64,000 nucleotides of DNA from Negativicutes bacterium (GCA_018052945.1 JAGPMH010000002.1:1950-65949); one strand, 5' to 3'; numbered from the stretch's first letter, positions 30,437-41,689 are shown. Program-made: numbers and translations. Notes: generated from the sequence alone by a model not told the origin.

Positions 30437-31657
30437 ATGTTAAATACCATTAAAAACTTAGTAGTCTTTCAAAACATCGCTCAAGATAATCTTATCAAAG
30501 AATGTTTGTCTTGTCTGCATACCCCTTTAGCCTCAGCTAAGGCTCCTTTAATCAATAATTTTATCATAGTGGCAGAAAAGCTAAGTTTAAAGGATAACCT
30601 TTTACGTAGTTACCTGATTTATTTACTCTCCCAAAAACATAATATCATTGCAGAGTTAGTGATGCAGGATTATGTTATTGGCACTAGCTTAAAACAAGCT
30701 TTACTCAGTGATATGGTGATATTAACGCAGCTTTTAACGATGCTACCTTCCTCTTTTTTAGACTCAGTGATCTTAGATGATTACACCCCTTCTGTTAACA
30801 ATCACAACCAAGCTTTTAACAGTTTATATCACAACATTAAAAATTCCTTGTCGACAATAACCCCTGAAAGTTTAAGCCAAATATTAATAGAGCATTATCA
30901 AACTTATGGCATTGGTGATTTATCTAATTATAAGGCATTTCGTTGGGATAAGGAAAAAACCCTGCTAGGCATTAAAAATTTTGACAAAATAACTTTTAAT
31001 GATTTAGTAGGTTATGAGCGACAAAAAAATATTCTTCTTGCCAACACATTAGCCTTTGTCAATAAAAAACCTGCTAATAATGTTCTCCTAATTGGTTCTC
31101 GTGGCACCGGAAAATCTTCTTCCGTAAAAGCCTTAGCTAACTTATATTTCACTGAAGGCTTGCGTTTATTAGAAATTTCTAAAGCGCAGCTTTGTCAATT
31201 ACCAGAGATTATGGATTATTTACGTAATACCAATAAAAGGTTTATTATCTTCTTAGATGATTTATCATTTGAGGATTATGAAGTAGAGTACAAATATCTA
31301 AAATCAATCATTGAAGGTGGCGTTGAAGCTAAACCTGATAATGTGTTAATTTATGCAACCTCAAATCGTCGCCATCTTATTAAAGAAACTTGGGATGATC
31401 GACCGGAGCATAATGAAATACACACTAATGATAGTATCAATGAAAAAATATCTTTATCTGATAGATTTGGCATAACCTTGACTTATCTGTCACCTAATCA
31501 AGAGGAATATCTTGATATCGTTTTTGCTTTAGCAAAAAAACATAACATTGTTACTTCTGATTTACGTCAAGAAGCCTTGAAATGGGAAATGAGTCATTCC
31601 GGTCGTTCCGGCAGAGTTGCTAAGCAATTTATTGATAATCTCCTCGGTCATAATTAA
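30437..31657 (+). CDS. DUF815 family AAA+ ATPase
   Basis: 406 aa. Walker A GSRGTGKSS and Walker B FIIFLDDLSFE in a DUF815-type arrangement. Confidence 0.6.
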   Translation: MLNTIKNLVVFQNIAQDNLIKECLSCLHTPLASAKAPLINNFIIVAEKLSLKDNLLRSYLIYLLSQKHNIIAELVMQDYVIGTSLKQALLSDMVILTQLLTMLPSSFLDSVILDDYTPSVNNHNQAFNSLYHNIKNSLSTITPESLSQILIEHYQTYGIGDLSNYKAFRWDKEKTLLGIKNFDKITFNDLVGYERQKNILLANTLAFVNKKPANNVLLIGSRGTGKSSSVKALANLYFTEGLRLLEISKAQLCQLPEIMDYLRNTNKRFIIFLDDLSFEDYEVEYKYLKSIIEGGVEAKPDNVLIYATSNRRHLIKETWDDRPEHNEIHTNDSINEKISLSDRFGITLTYLSPNQEEYLDIVFALAKKHNIVTSDLRQEALKWEMSHSGRSGRVAKQFIDNLLGHN

Positions 31658-31661
31658 TAAT

Positions 31662-31700
31662 AAAAGGTTGCAGTTGAAGTCACTTTCAACTGCAACCTTT
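31662..31700. terminator. Bidirectional terminator
   Basis: aggttgcagttgaa-gtcac-tttcaactgcaacct hairpin with flanking A/T runs, between convergent genes. Confidence 0.6.
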
Positions 31701-31702
31701 TA

Positions 31703-32587
31703 TTATGCATGAAAAACCCTTAATTTTTTATGTAACACCTTAGCTGTTAACGGCAAAGTAGGCCCTAATTCACCATCTAAATCGGTTTCAACATCTTCCT
31801 TTATATCAACATTTATTTCTTTCGCTTGATAATGCAGGACATACCGATTTCTTCTAATATCACGACCCGCTAGTAAAGAAATTACTAACGAAGTAAACTC
31901 CGGTAAACTGCATTGCTTCACAATCATTAAGTCTAATAAGCCATCATCAATCTGTGCCTCTGGCATAGCGTTAGGTAAACTTCCTACTGTCGCACTATTA
32001 CTTATTAAAAATAAGAAAATATTCTCTTCTACCACTTGATGATCAATAATAAATTTCGCTGTTAGTGGCTGAATATTAGGTATTTCACCTAAGCCTCTGA
32101 TATAATATGCCATTTTCCCTAAAGTATTTTTAAGAGCCTTATCAACTCGATGGGCAACTGAGGTTAACACCCCTGCACTAGCTACATTAATAAAATAGCG
32201 ATCGGCAATTTGTCCAACATCAATGCTACGAATATTCCCTTCAATAATAGTGCTCAAGTAATTATCAATAGACTTATTTATCCCTAAAAAACTAGCAAAA
32301 TCATTAGAAGTACCACTTGGTAAAATACCAATAGGCACATCAATATTCTCCGCCAACAAGATATTGATAAATTCATTTAAAGTTCCATCACCACCGGCAA
32401 TTATCATGCCATAAAGTTCCGGTATTGCACTAATAAAGTTAATAAAACTTTCTTTATTAGATGGGCCGGTTCGGTAAGGAATAATAATACATTTGTTTTT
32501 TTGAAAAACTTCAATAATATAATCTATTTTATATTTAAACAAAGCATCTCCTGATACAGGATTATATACTAATACAATTTTTCTCAT
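31703..32587 (-). CDS. Diacylglycerol kinase catalytic-domain lipid kinase (YegS/BmrU family)
   Basis: 294 aa. VYNPVSGD...IIAGGDGTLNEFIN DAGK_cat motifs. Confidence 0.8.
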   Translation of the reverse strand: MRKIVLVYNPVSGDALFKYKIDYIIEVFQKNKCIIIPYRTGPSNKESFINFISAIPELYGMIIAGGDGTLNEFINILLAENIDVPIGILPSGTSNDFASFLGINKSIDNYLSTIIEGNIRSIDVGQIADRYFINVASAGVLTSVAHRVDKALKNTLGKMAYYIRGLGEIPNIQPLTAKFIIDHQVVEENIFLFLISNSATVGSLPNAMPEAQIDDGLLDLMIVKQCSLPEFTSLVISLLAGRDIRRNRYVLHYQAKEINVDIKEDVETDLDGELGPTLPLTAKVLHKKLRVFHA

Positions 32588-32596
32588 AGATACCCT

Positions 32597-34072
32597 CTAT
32601 TTTTTTAAAGTAACGCCCATTTTCACTAATAGTTTCATTAATAAATTACCTACCATCGGTACATTAGTTAAATCTCGTTGGTTTAAACCTCCAACAATTA
32701 TTAGACTGATAATATATAATACCGCACCAATTATAGTCGCAACCAAAGTTGCGATAGTATTGCCAACTTTTAAATTAATAAGCTCGAAATACGAAAAATA
32801 TAAAGCAATCGCCATTAACAGCGTTGAAAAAACGGTTCTACTTAGTTGCGGTATATCAATTTTATAAGAAATATAGCGATTTAAAAAATATAAATTTAAA
32901 ATTGCCGCTATCCCAATATCTGCTACAGTTGCCCAAGCTGAACCTTCAATTCCTAAACTCGGATTAGCCGTTAACACCCAATTTAAAGCAACTTTAATAA
33001 TCGCTGCAAACACCATATTAACAACCGGAATAACAGTCTTACCCAAACCTTGTAAAACACCGGTAGTAACCTGATGAATACCCAAAAGAACAATGCTGGT
33101 TGACAATACTCGAATTGTCGGTCCTGCGGCGGTGGCATTATAAATCATTGTTGATATCGGTGAATCTAACACAAAAACAATAGCAAACGCCGGTAAACTT
33201 ATCAACATTGTAATTCGCATAGCCATATTTGTTTGTTGAAAAACTTTTAACCGATCACCTAAAGTTTGAGCCTCGGAAATTGCCGGAACAATGCTAACTG
33301 CCAACGATGCTGTCAAAATCGTTGCCAAATTTATTAACGGCACTGCCATCCCTGTCAAATAACCAAATAATTCCGTCGCCTGAGCGACCGTATAACCGGC
33401 AACTTCTAAACGTGCCGGGACAATCATTAAATCAAGATTAGCGACAACCGGTAACATTACACTCGAAGCCGAAACCGGTAACGCTAACATAAAAATTCTT
33501 TTTATTATTTTCAGGCTGGAATCTTTTTTTACGACTTGATGCGATTTTTTAAATTCTTCGCCCATATCTTGTTCTAGTTGCCAATAATAATAAAACAAGA
33601 CAATTAAACCAGTAACCGCACCGGCAAAAGCACCTAAACTAGCACCGGCTGAAGCAAACTCTAGACCATAAGGAAGTAGTAAGCTGGCAAATAAAATCAT
33701 CGTCACAACACGAAAGATTTGTTCAACAATTTGCGAAACTGCGGTTGGCGTCATTCTTTGCCACCCTTGTAAATAGCCCCGATAACTTGCTAATAAGGTT
33801 ACAAAAAATATTGCCGGCGCCAAAGCCGCTACTGAATAGTAAGCTCTAGGGTCACGAATAAATTTATATTCAATTAAAAACCCTGCTCCAAAATAAGTTA
33901 ATAAGCTAAAAAACAAGCCTGTTACAGCCATCAATACTAAAGAAATTTTGAAAACTCTTTTAGCACCCCAAAAATCTTTAAGGGCAACTTTTTCAGCCGT
34001 AATAATAGAAATCGCCACCGGCACCCCGGCAGTCGATACACTTAATGCTAATAAATAAATCGGAAAAGCCAT
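32597..34072 (-). CDS. MOP-superfamily polysaccharide/oligosaccharide flippase (SpoVB/Wzx-like); annotated start is probably internal
   Basis: 491 aa polytopic. MAFPIYLLALSVSTAGVPVAIS is an internal flippase motif. The conserved N-terminal TM1 segment is encoded upstream without an in-frame start codon (see finding). Confidence 0.7.
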   Translation of the reverse strand: MAFPIYLLALSVSTAGVPVAISIITAEKVALKDFWGAKRVFKISLVLMAVTGLFFSLLTYFGAGFLIEYKFIRDPRAYYSVAALAPAIFFVTLLASYRGYLQGWQRMTPTAVSQIVEQIFRVVTMILFASLLLPYGLEFASAGASLGAFAGAVTGLIVLFYYYWQLEQDMGEEFKKSHQVVKKDSSLKIIKRIFMLALPVSASSVMLPVVANLDLMIVPARLEVAGYTVAQATELFGYLTGMAVPLINLATILTASLAVSIVPAISEAQTLGDRLKVFQQTNMAMRITMLISLPAFAIVFVLDSPISTMIYNATAAGPTIRVLSTSIVLLGIHQVTTGVLQGLGKTVIPVVNMVFAAIIKVALNWVLTANPSLGIEGSAWATVADIGIAAILNLYFLNRYISYKIDIPQLSRTVFSTLLMAIALYFSYFELINLKVGNTIATLVATIIGAVLYIISLIIVGGLNQRDLTNVPMVGNLLMKLLVKMGVTLKK

Positions 34073-34363
34073 TTGGTATAACCCAATGCCTTCACCGCCT
34101 AAAACTCTTGATACAAAAATCCAGTTTAATGAGCCAATAACTTTTACAACAATTCCGGCAATCGCTAAAATAAAAGTCCCCTTTAAAAAAGAGTCACCCT
34201 TATTGCCGGTTTTAACTTCACTACTAATACTAACACACCTGCCTTACTTGAGGAATCTTTTGAACATATCGTTATTATAGTGTATAATTATTTTAATAAG
34301 CTAGAAAATTATAACATTTAAAAAGCTTTACTTCCAGTACTATTTATTTTAGAGGGTGATTTT

Positions 34364-35122
34364 ATGACTGCTACCCATATTGAATTTAATGTTCATGTCG
34401 GCAGACAGAAACCTGAAAGTATTATTAATGCTTCTGCTAAGTGTCCATTTTGCGATCGTGATAAATTAACTAATATTATTGACGCAGATGGTGATTTATT
34501 GCTAATAAAAAATAAATATCCTGTTTTGAAAAATACATTCCAAACCGTATTGATTGAAACGACAGAATGCCACTCCGAATTGTCAATGTATCCCAAAGAA
34601 CATTTATATAAATTATTTCGGTTTGGCATTAAAAACTGGTTTCAATTAATAGAATCCAATAAATTCAAGTCGGTTATTTTTTTTAAGAACCACGGTAAGT
34701 TATCAGGAGGAACGATTCGTCATCCGCATATGCAAATAATCGGCTTAGAAGAAATTGATTATCATACCTTAATTTTTGAAGAGCACTTTACCGGAGTTCT
34801 CATTGATAAAAATAATGGTGTTGAATTAAACATTTCAACTAAACCCCGCGTAGGATTTTCCGAATTTAACATCATTACCGATGATAATAATAAAATTGAA
34901 AAAATTGCCGATTATGCTCAAAATGTTAGTGATTTTATCTTAAATAATTTTGGTAAACGCTGCGATAGTTATAATATGTTTTTTTATCTTATTAATGACC
35001 TTATTCATGTTAAGATTATGCCTCGTTTTCCTACTTCACCACTATATATTGGTTATTCCATTCCACAGGTTTCAAATCATGTTGAAGAATTAATAAGTAC
35101 CTTTCGTTCTTTATATTTATAA
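34364..35122 (+). CDS. GalT-like HIT-superfamily protein (DUF4931-like)
   Basis: 252 aa. CPFCDRD zinc-site-like motif and HPHMQII (HxHxQ) nucleotidyl-transferase motif. Confidence 0.4.
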   Translation: MTATHIEFNVHVGRQKPESIINASAKCPFCDRDKLTNIIDADGDLLLIKNKYPVLKNTFQTVLIETTECHSELSMYPKEHLYKLFRFGIKNWFQLIESNKFKSVIFFKNHGKLSGGTIRHPHMQIIGLEEIDYHTLIFEEHFTGVLIDKNNGVELNISTKPRVGFSEFNIITDDNNKIEKIADYAQNVSDFILNNFGKRCDSYNMFFYLINDLIHVKIMPRFPTSPLYIGYSIPQVSNHVEELISTFRSLYL

Positions 35123-35152
35123 AAAAAGTCAGCTCATGAGCTGACTTTTTTT
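35121..35152. terminator. Bidirectional terminator (convergent with prfC)
   Basis: agtcagctc-atg-agctgact perfect hairpin flanked by an A-run and a T-run. Confidence 0.6.
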
Positions 35153-36758
35153 ATTTCTCGCTTAGACCTTCCGGTACTACTAACATTTTAATATCAGGGT
35201 TATTATCAGCAATCCAACCTAACGCCCACTCATTTGTTACTAATAAGACCGGACGCTCTTTAACATCATACACAAACATTCCACGTTCAGCACCTTTTAA
35301 AGTTTCCGGCGTTATGTTATCACCAACCAACCACCTTGCTACTTCATATGGTTGCATTTGCATTAAAATATCAACACCATATTCATTTTTCAAACGGTAT
35401 TCCAACACTTCAAACTGCAAGCTACCAACGGTTCCGACAATATAAGCCTCCGTTCCAGCTCCAGCTTGTTGAAATAATTGCACTGCCCCTTCTTGCGTAA
35501 GCTCAGTAATACCTTTAACAAATTGTTTTCGTTTCATCGTGTCTTTGGCTTGCACTCTGGCAAACTGTTCCGGTGGAAATACCGGAAAATCAGCAAAATC
35601 AAATTTTTGCCCAGTTGCACATAAAGTATCACCAATACCAAAAATCCCCGGATCAAATAACCCTACAATATCACCTGGAAACGCTTCATCAATAATTGTT
35701 CGATCTTGCGCTAAAAATTGTTGCGGTTGTGCCAATTTAATAGGCTTATCCGATTTATTATGATTTACCATCATTCCTCTAGTAAATTTACCAGAACAAA
35801 TTCTAATAAACGCTAGACGATCACGATGTGCCGGATTCATATTGGCTTGAATTTTAAACACAAACGCTGAAAAGTTTTCATCAGCAGGATTTATAATCCC
35901 GGTCGAAGCCTTACGCGGTGCCGGTGGCGGCGCCAATCTCAAATATTCTTCCAAGAAGTTTTGCACTCCAAAATTGGTCATCGCACTACCAAAAAACATT
36001 GGCGTTAATTCACCCTTAGCGACCTTTTCCAAATCAAAACTTTCTCCAGCCATATCTAAGAGTTCAATATCTTCACATAAAGCCTGATGAACTTCTTGTC
36101 CTAACATCTCAGCAAAAGCCGGGTCATCAACACTGCCCACTACTGATGACAAAATATTTTGTCCATGTGAACCATCTTCATTAAATAGCTCAATTTGTCC
36201 TTTATTGCGATTGTACACGCCTTGATAGTTACCATCAACACCAATTGGCCAGTTCATTGGATAAGCGTCTATTTCTAATACTTTTTCGATTTCTTCCATT
36301 AAATCAATTGGATTTTTACCATAACGATCTAATTTATTAACAAACGTAAAAATAGGAATACCACGTTGTTTACAAACTTTGAACAATTTCTTAGTCTGCG
36401 CTTCAACCCCTTTAGCAACGTCAATAATCATTACCGCACTATCAACAGCCATTAAGGTGCGATAAGTATCTTCACTAAAGTCCTGATGTCCAGGTGTATC
36501 CAATATATTTATTCTAAAACCATCATAATCAAATTGCAGTACACTCGATGTTACCGAGATACCTCTTTGTTTTTCAATTTCCATCCAGTCTGATACTGCA
36601 TGCTTTTGTGTTTTTCTGGATTTTACCGATCCTGCTAAATGAATCGCTCCACCATATAACAGCAATTTCTCCGTTAAGGTAGTTTTACCGGCATCCGGAT
36701 GAGATATAATTGCAAAAGTTCGTCTTTTTTCTATCGCATTTTTTAATTCTTCCGACAT
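35151..36758 (-). CDS. prfC: Peptide chain release factor 3
   Basis: 535 aa translational GTPase. RRTFAIISHPDAGKTTLTEKLL G1 motif and overall RF3 collinearity. Confidence 0.9.
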   Translation of the reverse strand: MSEELKNAIEKRRTFAIISHPDAGKTTLTEKLLLYGGAIHLAGSVKSRKTQKHAVSDWMEIEKQRGISVTSSVLQFDYDGFRINILDTPGHQDFSEDTYRTLMAVDSAVMIIDVAKGVEAQTKKLFKVCKQRGIPIFTFVNKLDRYGKNPIDLMEEIEKVLEIDAYPMNWPIGVDGNYQGVYNRNKGQIELFNEDGSHGQNILSSVVGSVDDPAFAEMLGQEVHQALCEDIELLDMAGESFDLEKVAKGELTPMFFGSAMTNFGVQNFLEEYLRLAPPPAPRKASTGIINPADENFSAFVFKIQANMNPAHRDRLAFIRICSGKFTRGMMVNHNKSDKPIKLAQPQQFLAQDRTIIDEAFPGDIVGLFDPGIFGIGDTLCATGQKFDFADFPVFPPEQFARVQAKDTMKRKQFVKGITELTQEGAVQLFQQAGAGTEAYIVGTVGSLQFEVLEYRLKNEYGVDILMQMQPYEVARWLVGDNITPETLKGAERGMFVYDVKERPVLLVTNEWALGWIADNNPDIKMLVVPEGLSEK

Positions 36759-36829
36759 TGACTTCCTCCAAAATACTTCTATTCATAACCTTTTTATTTT
36801 AGCACAAAGAATATTGTAATGTAAAAGCA

Positions 36830-36877
36830 TATTTATTTAAAAACAGGTAGCAAAAAATATTTTTCGCTACCTGTTAC
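36830..36877 (-). terminator. trp operon terminator
   Basis: aacaggtagc / gctacctgtt hairpin followed by a U-run on the minus strand, directly after the trpG stop. Confidence 0.55.
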
Positions 36878-36879
36878 TT

Positions 36880-37449
36880 TTAATTAATATCTTTTAAAAA
36901 TTCTTTTAATATTTCTGCACCTTCCGGCGTTAAAATAGATTCGGGATGAAATTGTACCCCTTCAATTTTATAGTCTTTATGCCTAAGTCCCATAATTAAA
37001 TTATCACTCGATCTAGCTGTTATTTCCAAACAATCTGGTAAACTTTCCTCTTCGACAATCAAAGAATGATAACGACCGGCGACAAATTGCGTCTTTACAT
37101 TCTTATAACTAGCGCTATGATAATGTGTCACAAGTTCTTTTTTGCCATGGATCGGATAAGGTGCTCTAATAACCTTACCACCAAAAACCTCCCCGATCGT
37201 CTGATGTCCTAAACAAATACCAAAAATCGGTATTTGACCGGCATATCTTTTTACGACCTCTTTGCAAATACCCGATTCATCCGGTGTTCCCGGCCCCGGC
37301 GAAATTATAATCGCCCCATAATTGCCTTGATCAATTTCTTCAATTGTAATGCAATCATTGCGTACTACTTTAACTTCTTTACCTAAATTGGCAATAAGCT
37401 GAAAGACATTGTAGGTAAAAGAATCATAATTATCAATTAGTAAAATCAT
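36880..37449 (-). CDS. trpG: Anthranilate synthase component II (glutamine amidotransferase)
   Basis: 189 aa class-I GATase (ILLIDNYDSFTYN...GICLGHQ...). Confidence 0.85.
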   Translation of the reverse strand: MILLIDNYDSFTYNVFQLIANLGKEVKVVRNDCITIEEIDQGNYGAIIISPGPGTPDESGICKEVVKRYAGQIPIFGICLGHQTIGEVFGGKVIRAPYPIHGKKELVTHYHSASYKNVKTQFVAGRYHSLIVEEESLPDCLEITARSSDNLIMGLRHKDYKIEGVQFHPESILTPEGAEILKEFLKDIN

Positions 37450-38923
37450 CCGCTTCTACCTCCTTTATAACTTGGAACATCACTTTCGCTTTTTGTAACA
37501 CTTCATTATATTCATTCTCCGGCACCGAATCTGCCACAATGCCGGCACCGGTTTGAACAATGGCTACATCTTCATCAATCGTTATCGTTCTAATCGTAAT
37601 ACACATATCCATATTACCGCAAAAATCAAAATAACCTACGGCTCCGCCATACGGACCGCGATGAACACCTTCTAAATTATTTATTATTTCCATCGCTCTG
37701 ACTTTCGGTGCTCCACTTAAAGTTCCCGCCGGAAAGCACGATGCCAAAACATCTAAGGGCTGATAAGTGGGATTAATTTTACCAGCAACTTCTGAAACCA
37801 TATGAATAACATGTGAAAATAACTCTATATCCATCAGTTTAGTAACTCTAACACTACCCGGCACACTGATTTTACCGACATCATTACGCCCTAAATCTAC
37901 CAACATTGCATGTTCTGCACACTCTTTTGGATCATTTAATAAGTCTTTAGTTAAATCAGCATCTTCAGCATCATTAGCACCTCTTGGTCTAGTTCCGGCA
38001 ATCGGATAAGTGTAAACTGTATCATCAGCAATTTTAACTAACATTTCCGGTGATGCCCCCACTAGTTTACGTTTGCCAAAGTTAATATAAAACATATATG
38101 GCGATGGATTAACTTGACGCAACCGACGATAAAAAGCAAATGGTTCTTTACTTATTTTGCATCTAAATTGTTTCGCCAATACCACTTGGAAAATATCACC
38201 GGCAGCAATATGTTCTTTGGCAATTTCCACATTTTTAAGATACTCATCTTTGGATTGGGTAATTTCATTTATAAATAAATCTTCATTATTAGCCTGTTTA
38301 GCATTTTTACTTTTTACAAAATCTTGTTTTAAAAGTTCATAAACATTATTTATTTCTGCCACGGCTTCATTATAGGTAGCCGTTACATCAACACCATCTT
38401 GTATTTGCGCCAAACAAACCAATTTAGAAGTATGCTTTAAATGGTCTACCACTACCAAGATTTTGCACAGTAAAAACTGTCCTAATACTAAATCTTCCGG
38501 AATATCAAAACCTCTTACTCTTTCCCATGTACCAATAGAATCATAAGCAAAGTAACCAATAACTCCACCACTCATCAATGGCGGTAATTCCGGCATATTA
38601 ACTGTTTTAAACTTGCTGATATATTCTTTCATCGCATTAACAGGATTTCCAACAATTTTAAAACTATTATTCTGTTCGGTTACTTCTACATAGCTTTTAA
38701 AAGCTGTTGCACTAGCCAAAGGTTTAGTTCCTAAAAAAGAATATCTTCCAAAATATTTATTTTTATCGGCACTCTCTAAGATAAAGCCTAAATCATCACC
38801 GACTAATTTATAATAAAGCGAGACCGGAGTATCCATATCACTGGAAAACTCCGCTACCACAGCAATAATATTAGCTTCTGTTGCATATTGGCAAAATTCT
38901 TGCAGGCTAGTTTGTATTTTCAT
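37433..38923 (-). CDS. trpE: Anthranilate synthase component I
   Basis: 496 aa chorismate-binding enzyme. Overlaps trpG by 17 nt. Confidence 0.85.
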   Translation of the reverse strand: MKIQTSLQEFCQYATEANIIAVVAEFSSDMDTPVSLYYKLVGDDLGFILESADKNKYFGRYSFLGTKPLASATAFKSYVEVTEQNNSFKIVGNPVNAMKEYISKFKTVNMPELPPLMSGGVIGYFAYDSIGTWERVRGFDIPEDLVLGQFLLCKILVVVDHLKHTSKLVCLAQIQDGVDVTATYNEAVAEINNVYELLKQDFVKSKNAKQANNEDLFINEITQSKDEYLKNVEIAKEHIAAGDIFQVVLAKQFRCKISKEPFAFYRRLRQVNPSPYMFYINFGKRKLVGASPEMLVKIADDTVYTYPIAGTRPRGANDAEDADLTKDLLNDPKECAEHAMLVDLGRNDVGKISVPGSVRVTKLMDIELFSHVIHMVSEVAGKINPTYQPLDVLASCFPAGTLSGAPKVRAMEIINNLEGVHRGPYGGAVGYFDFCGNMDMCITIRTITIDEDVAIVQTGAGIVADSVPENEYNEVLQKAKVMFQVIKEVEADDFTN

Positions 38924-39717
38924 TAAACTTGGCTCCCCTCATCCAAAGCTTGACGAATAGTTTTTATCAATTCACCATAAGCAGTTAACCCTTCAGCCAT
39001 CAGTTTTTGCATTACGGCACTACCAACAATAATATTATCAGCTACACTGCTGGCTGCTTTAGCCGCTGCCGGTGTTCCAATCCCAAACCCAATTGCTACC
39101 GGAGTTTGTGTTTGTTGTTTAACAATTTTTACAACTTCATTAATCGGCGTATAATCAATTTCCCTAACTCCGGTCACACCATTTACAGATACGCAATATA
39201 TAAAGCCATCCGCATTTTTACACGTTTCATTTATTCGCTGCGCCGTAGTATTAGGTGTCACAAAATTAATTAAAGAAAAATCATTTTTTTTACAAATCGC
39301 CAACATATTGCTAGCTTCTTCATATGGTAAATCAGGAATAATAGCACCATCTAAGCCTGCACTTTTCGCAGCTAGTACAAATTTCTCCACTCCATAAGTA
39401 AGGACATTATTAATATACCCCATACAAACTAATGGTATTTGAGTTACAGTTCTAACTTTTTTAACAAACTCCAACACATTAGTGATACTAGCACCGTTTT
39501 TGATTGCAATTTGTGCTGCTTGCTGAATAACCGGCCCATCAGCAATCGGATCGGAGAAAGGAATGCCTATTTCAATAACATCAACGCCTTCTTTTTCCGC
39601 AATTTTAATAGCCTCTAGCGTCATCGCAAAGTCATTAACACCGGCCGTCAGATAAATAAATAAACCTTTTTTATTGGTATTTTTAAGCTCTGTTAATTTA
39701 CTTTGTAATCTATTCAT
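38923..39717 (-). CDS. trpA: Tryptophan synthase alpha chain
   Basis: 264 aa. EIGIPFSDPIADGP TrpA motif. Confidence 0.9.
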   Translation of the reverse strand: MNRLQSKLTELKNTNKKGLFIYLTAGVNDFAMTLEAIKIAEKEGVDVIEIGIPFSDPIADGPVIQQAAQIAIKNGASITNVLEFVKKVRTVTQIPLVCMGYINNVLTYGVEKFVLAAKSAGLDGAIIPDLPYEEASNMLAICKKNDFSLINFVTPNTTAQRINETCKNADGFIYCVSVNGVTGVREIDYTPINEVVKIVKQQTQTPVAIGFGIGTPAAAKAASSVADNIIVGSAVMQKLMAEGLTAYGELIKTIRQALDEGSQV

Positions 39718-40916
39718 TATAAATTCTCCTTTAATGTTTCTGATACCATTTGCACGTCTTTATCGCCACGACCTGATAAGCAAACAACAACAGCTTGATC
39801 TTCATTGGTCTGTGGCATTAATTTTTCCAAGTATGCCAAAGCATGTGAACTTTCTACTGCCGGAATAATACCTTCTAATTTAGCTAGCAGCTGAAATGCC
39901 GCTAAAGCTTCTTGGTCATTGATGGAATGATAAAGAACCTTACCACTATCTTTAAAGTAAGCATGTTCCGGCCCAACGCCTGGATAATCAAGCCCGGCTG
40001 AAATTGAGTAAGCTTCTATAATTTGACCATCATCATCTTGTAATAAATAGCTATAAGCACCATGTAATACTCCCGGTCGGCCTTTTGTTAAAGATTCCGC
40101 ATTATCACCCGGTAAATTACCTCTTCCAGCTGCTTCTATGCCGATTTTAATAACATCAGCATCATCTTTAAACGGGTAAAATATCCCCATCGCATTACTG
40201 CCACCACCTAGGCAAGCAACAATATGACTTAATTTAGCAGTGCCAATTTCTTTAGCTTGCTCTTTTAATTCATCACCTATAATTCTTTGGAAATCACGCA
40301 CTATCATCGGATAAGGATGTGGCCCTACGACTGAACCAATAATATAGTAAGTGTCAGTAATGTTCGCAGCCCAGTATCTAATCGCTTCACTGGTAGCATC
40401 TTTTAATGTCGCAGTTCCACTGGTAACAGGAATAACTTTCGCTCCTAATAATCTCATTCTAAAGACGTTTAACGCTTGACGTCTAACATCTTCTTCTCCC
40501 ATAAACACGTGACACTCTAAGCCAAATAAGGCTGCTACCGTAGCACAAGCAACACCATGCTGACCCGCTCCTGTTTCTGCTACTACACGCTTTTTACCCA
40601 TTTTCATTGCTAAAATAGCTTGCGCCAAAGCATTATTTATTTTATGCGCACCAGTATGCAATAAATCTTCACGTTTTAAATAAATTTTACCTTTACCATA
40701 ATGCTTTGTTAATCTTTCCGCATAATATAGTTTAGTTGGTCTACCGGCGTATTCTTTTAGATATTTTTTCACTTCTGCGATAAATTCAGGGTCATTTTTA
40801 AATTTTTCATAACTTTCTTCTAATTCAAACAACACCGGCATAACAGTTTCCGGTACAAATCTCCCACCAAAATCTCCAAAACGTCCATTTTTATCAGGCA
40901 TTATTTTTTCCTCCAA
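39717..40916 (-). CDS. trpB: Tryptophan synthase beta chain
   Basis: 399 aa. [16 protein letters not shown]-lysine motif. Confidence 0.95.
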   Translation of the reverse strand: MEEKIMPDKNGRFGDFGGRFVPETVMPVLFELEESYEKFKNDPEFIAEVKKYLKEYAGRPTKLYYAERLTKHYGKGKIYLKREDLLHTGAHKINNALAQAILAMKMGKKRVVAETGAGQHGVACATVAALFGLECHVFMGEEDVRRQALNVFRMRLLGAKVIPVTSGTATLKDATSEAIRYWAANITDTYYIIGSVVGPHPYPMIVRDFQRIIGDELKEQAKEIGTAKLSHIVACLGGGSNAMGIFYPFKDDADVIKIGIEAAGRGNLPGDNAESLTKGRPGVLHGAYSYLLQDDDGQIIEAYSISAGLDYPGVGPEHAYFKDSGKVLYHSINDQEALAAFQLLAKLEGIIPAVESSHALAYLEKLMPQTNEDQAVVVCLSGRGDKDVQMVSETLKENL

Positions 40917-40923
40917 TTATAAT

Positions 40924-41685
40924 TTATTGTAATAAAAATTCTTTCACTGCACTAGGGATATCAGTAGCTTTAACTAAACCTTCACCAATTAAAACTCCTC
41001 TTACCCCACAAGCTTTAACTTTTTCAATATCATTTCTATTATTAAGACCACTCTCACTGATAACAATCTTATCAGGCGGGCATTTTTTCATTAAGGTCAC
41101 AGTATTATTAATATCTGTTTTAAATATTTTTAAGTTGCGATTATTGATACCAATAATTTCAGCATTTGTTTGTAATACCATTTCCAATTCAGCTTCATCA
41201 TGTACTTCTACCAAACAATCTAGTCCTAATGATTTTGCTATATCTAAAAAATGCTGTAATTGTTCTTTTGTAAGAATTGCTGCTATTAATAAAATAGCCG
41301 CCGCTCCATAAGCCCTCGCTTGATAAATTTGATATTCATCAATAATAAATTCTTTCCGTAATACCGGAATACTAACCAAACTGCTAATAGTCCTTAAATC
41401 TTTTAACTCGCCTTTAAAATGATTATCAGTATGTACCGATAAGACAGTAGCACCATTTTCTGCATAAATTTTTGCCAGTTCAGCTGTTGTATAGTTATCA
41501 CATAATATGCCTTTAGATGGCGATGCCAACTTACACTCGGCAATTAAGGACCACTCGTTTTCTTTCAGGGCTTTACTGAACGAAAAATCACCTTTTGTTA
41601 GTTGTTGCTGTAATTGTTCTAAACTTTCTTGTTGTTTATCTTTGGCAATAACAGCTTTTTTCTTTTCAACAATACTATTTAACAT
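40924..41685 (-). CDS. trpC: Indole-3-glycerol phosphate synthase
   Basis: 253 aa. IAECKLASPSKG and GINNRNL TrpC motifs. Confidence 0.85.
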   Translation of the reverse strand: MLNSIVEKKKAVIAKDKQQESLEQLQQQLTKGDFSFSKALKENEWSLIAECKLASPSKGILCDNYTTAELAKIYAENGATVLSVHTDNHFKGELKDLRTISSLVSIPVLRKEFIIDEYQIYQARAYGAAAILLIAAILTKEQLQHFLDIAKSLGLDCLVEVHDEAELEMVLQTNAEIIGINNRNLKIFKTDINNTVTLMKKCPPDKIVISESGLNNRNDIEKVKACGVRGVLIGEGLVKATDIPSAVKEFLLQ

Positions 41686-41689
41686 CGCA

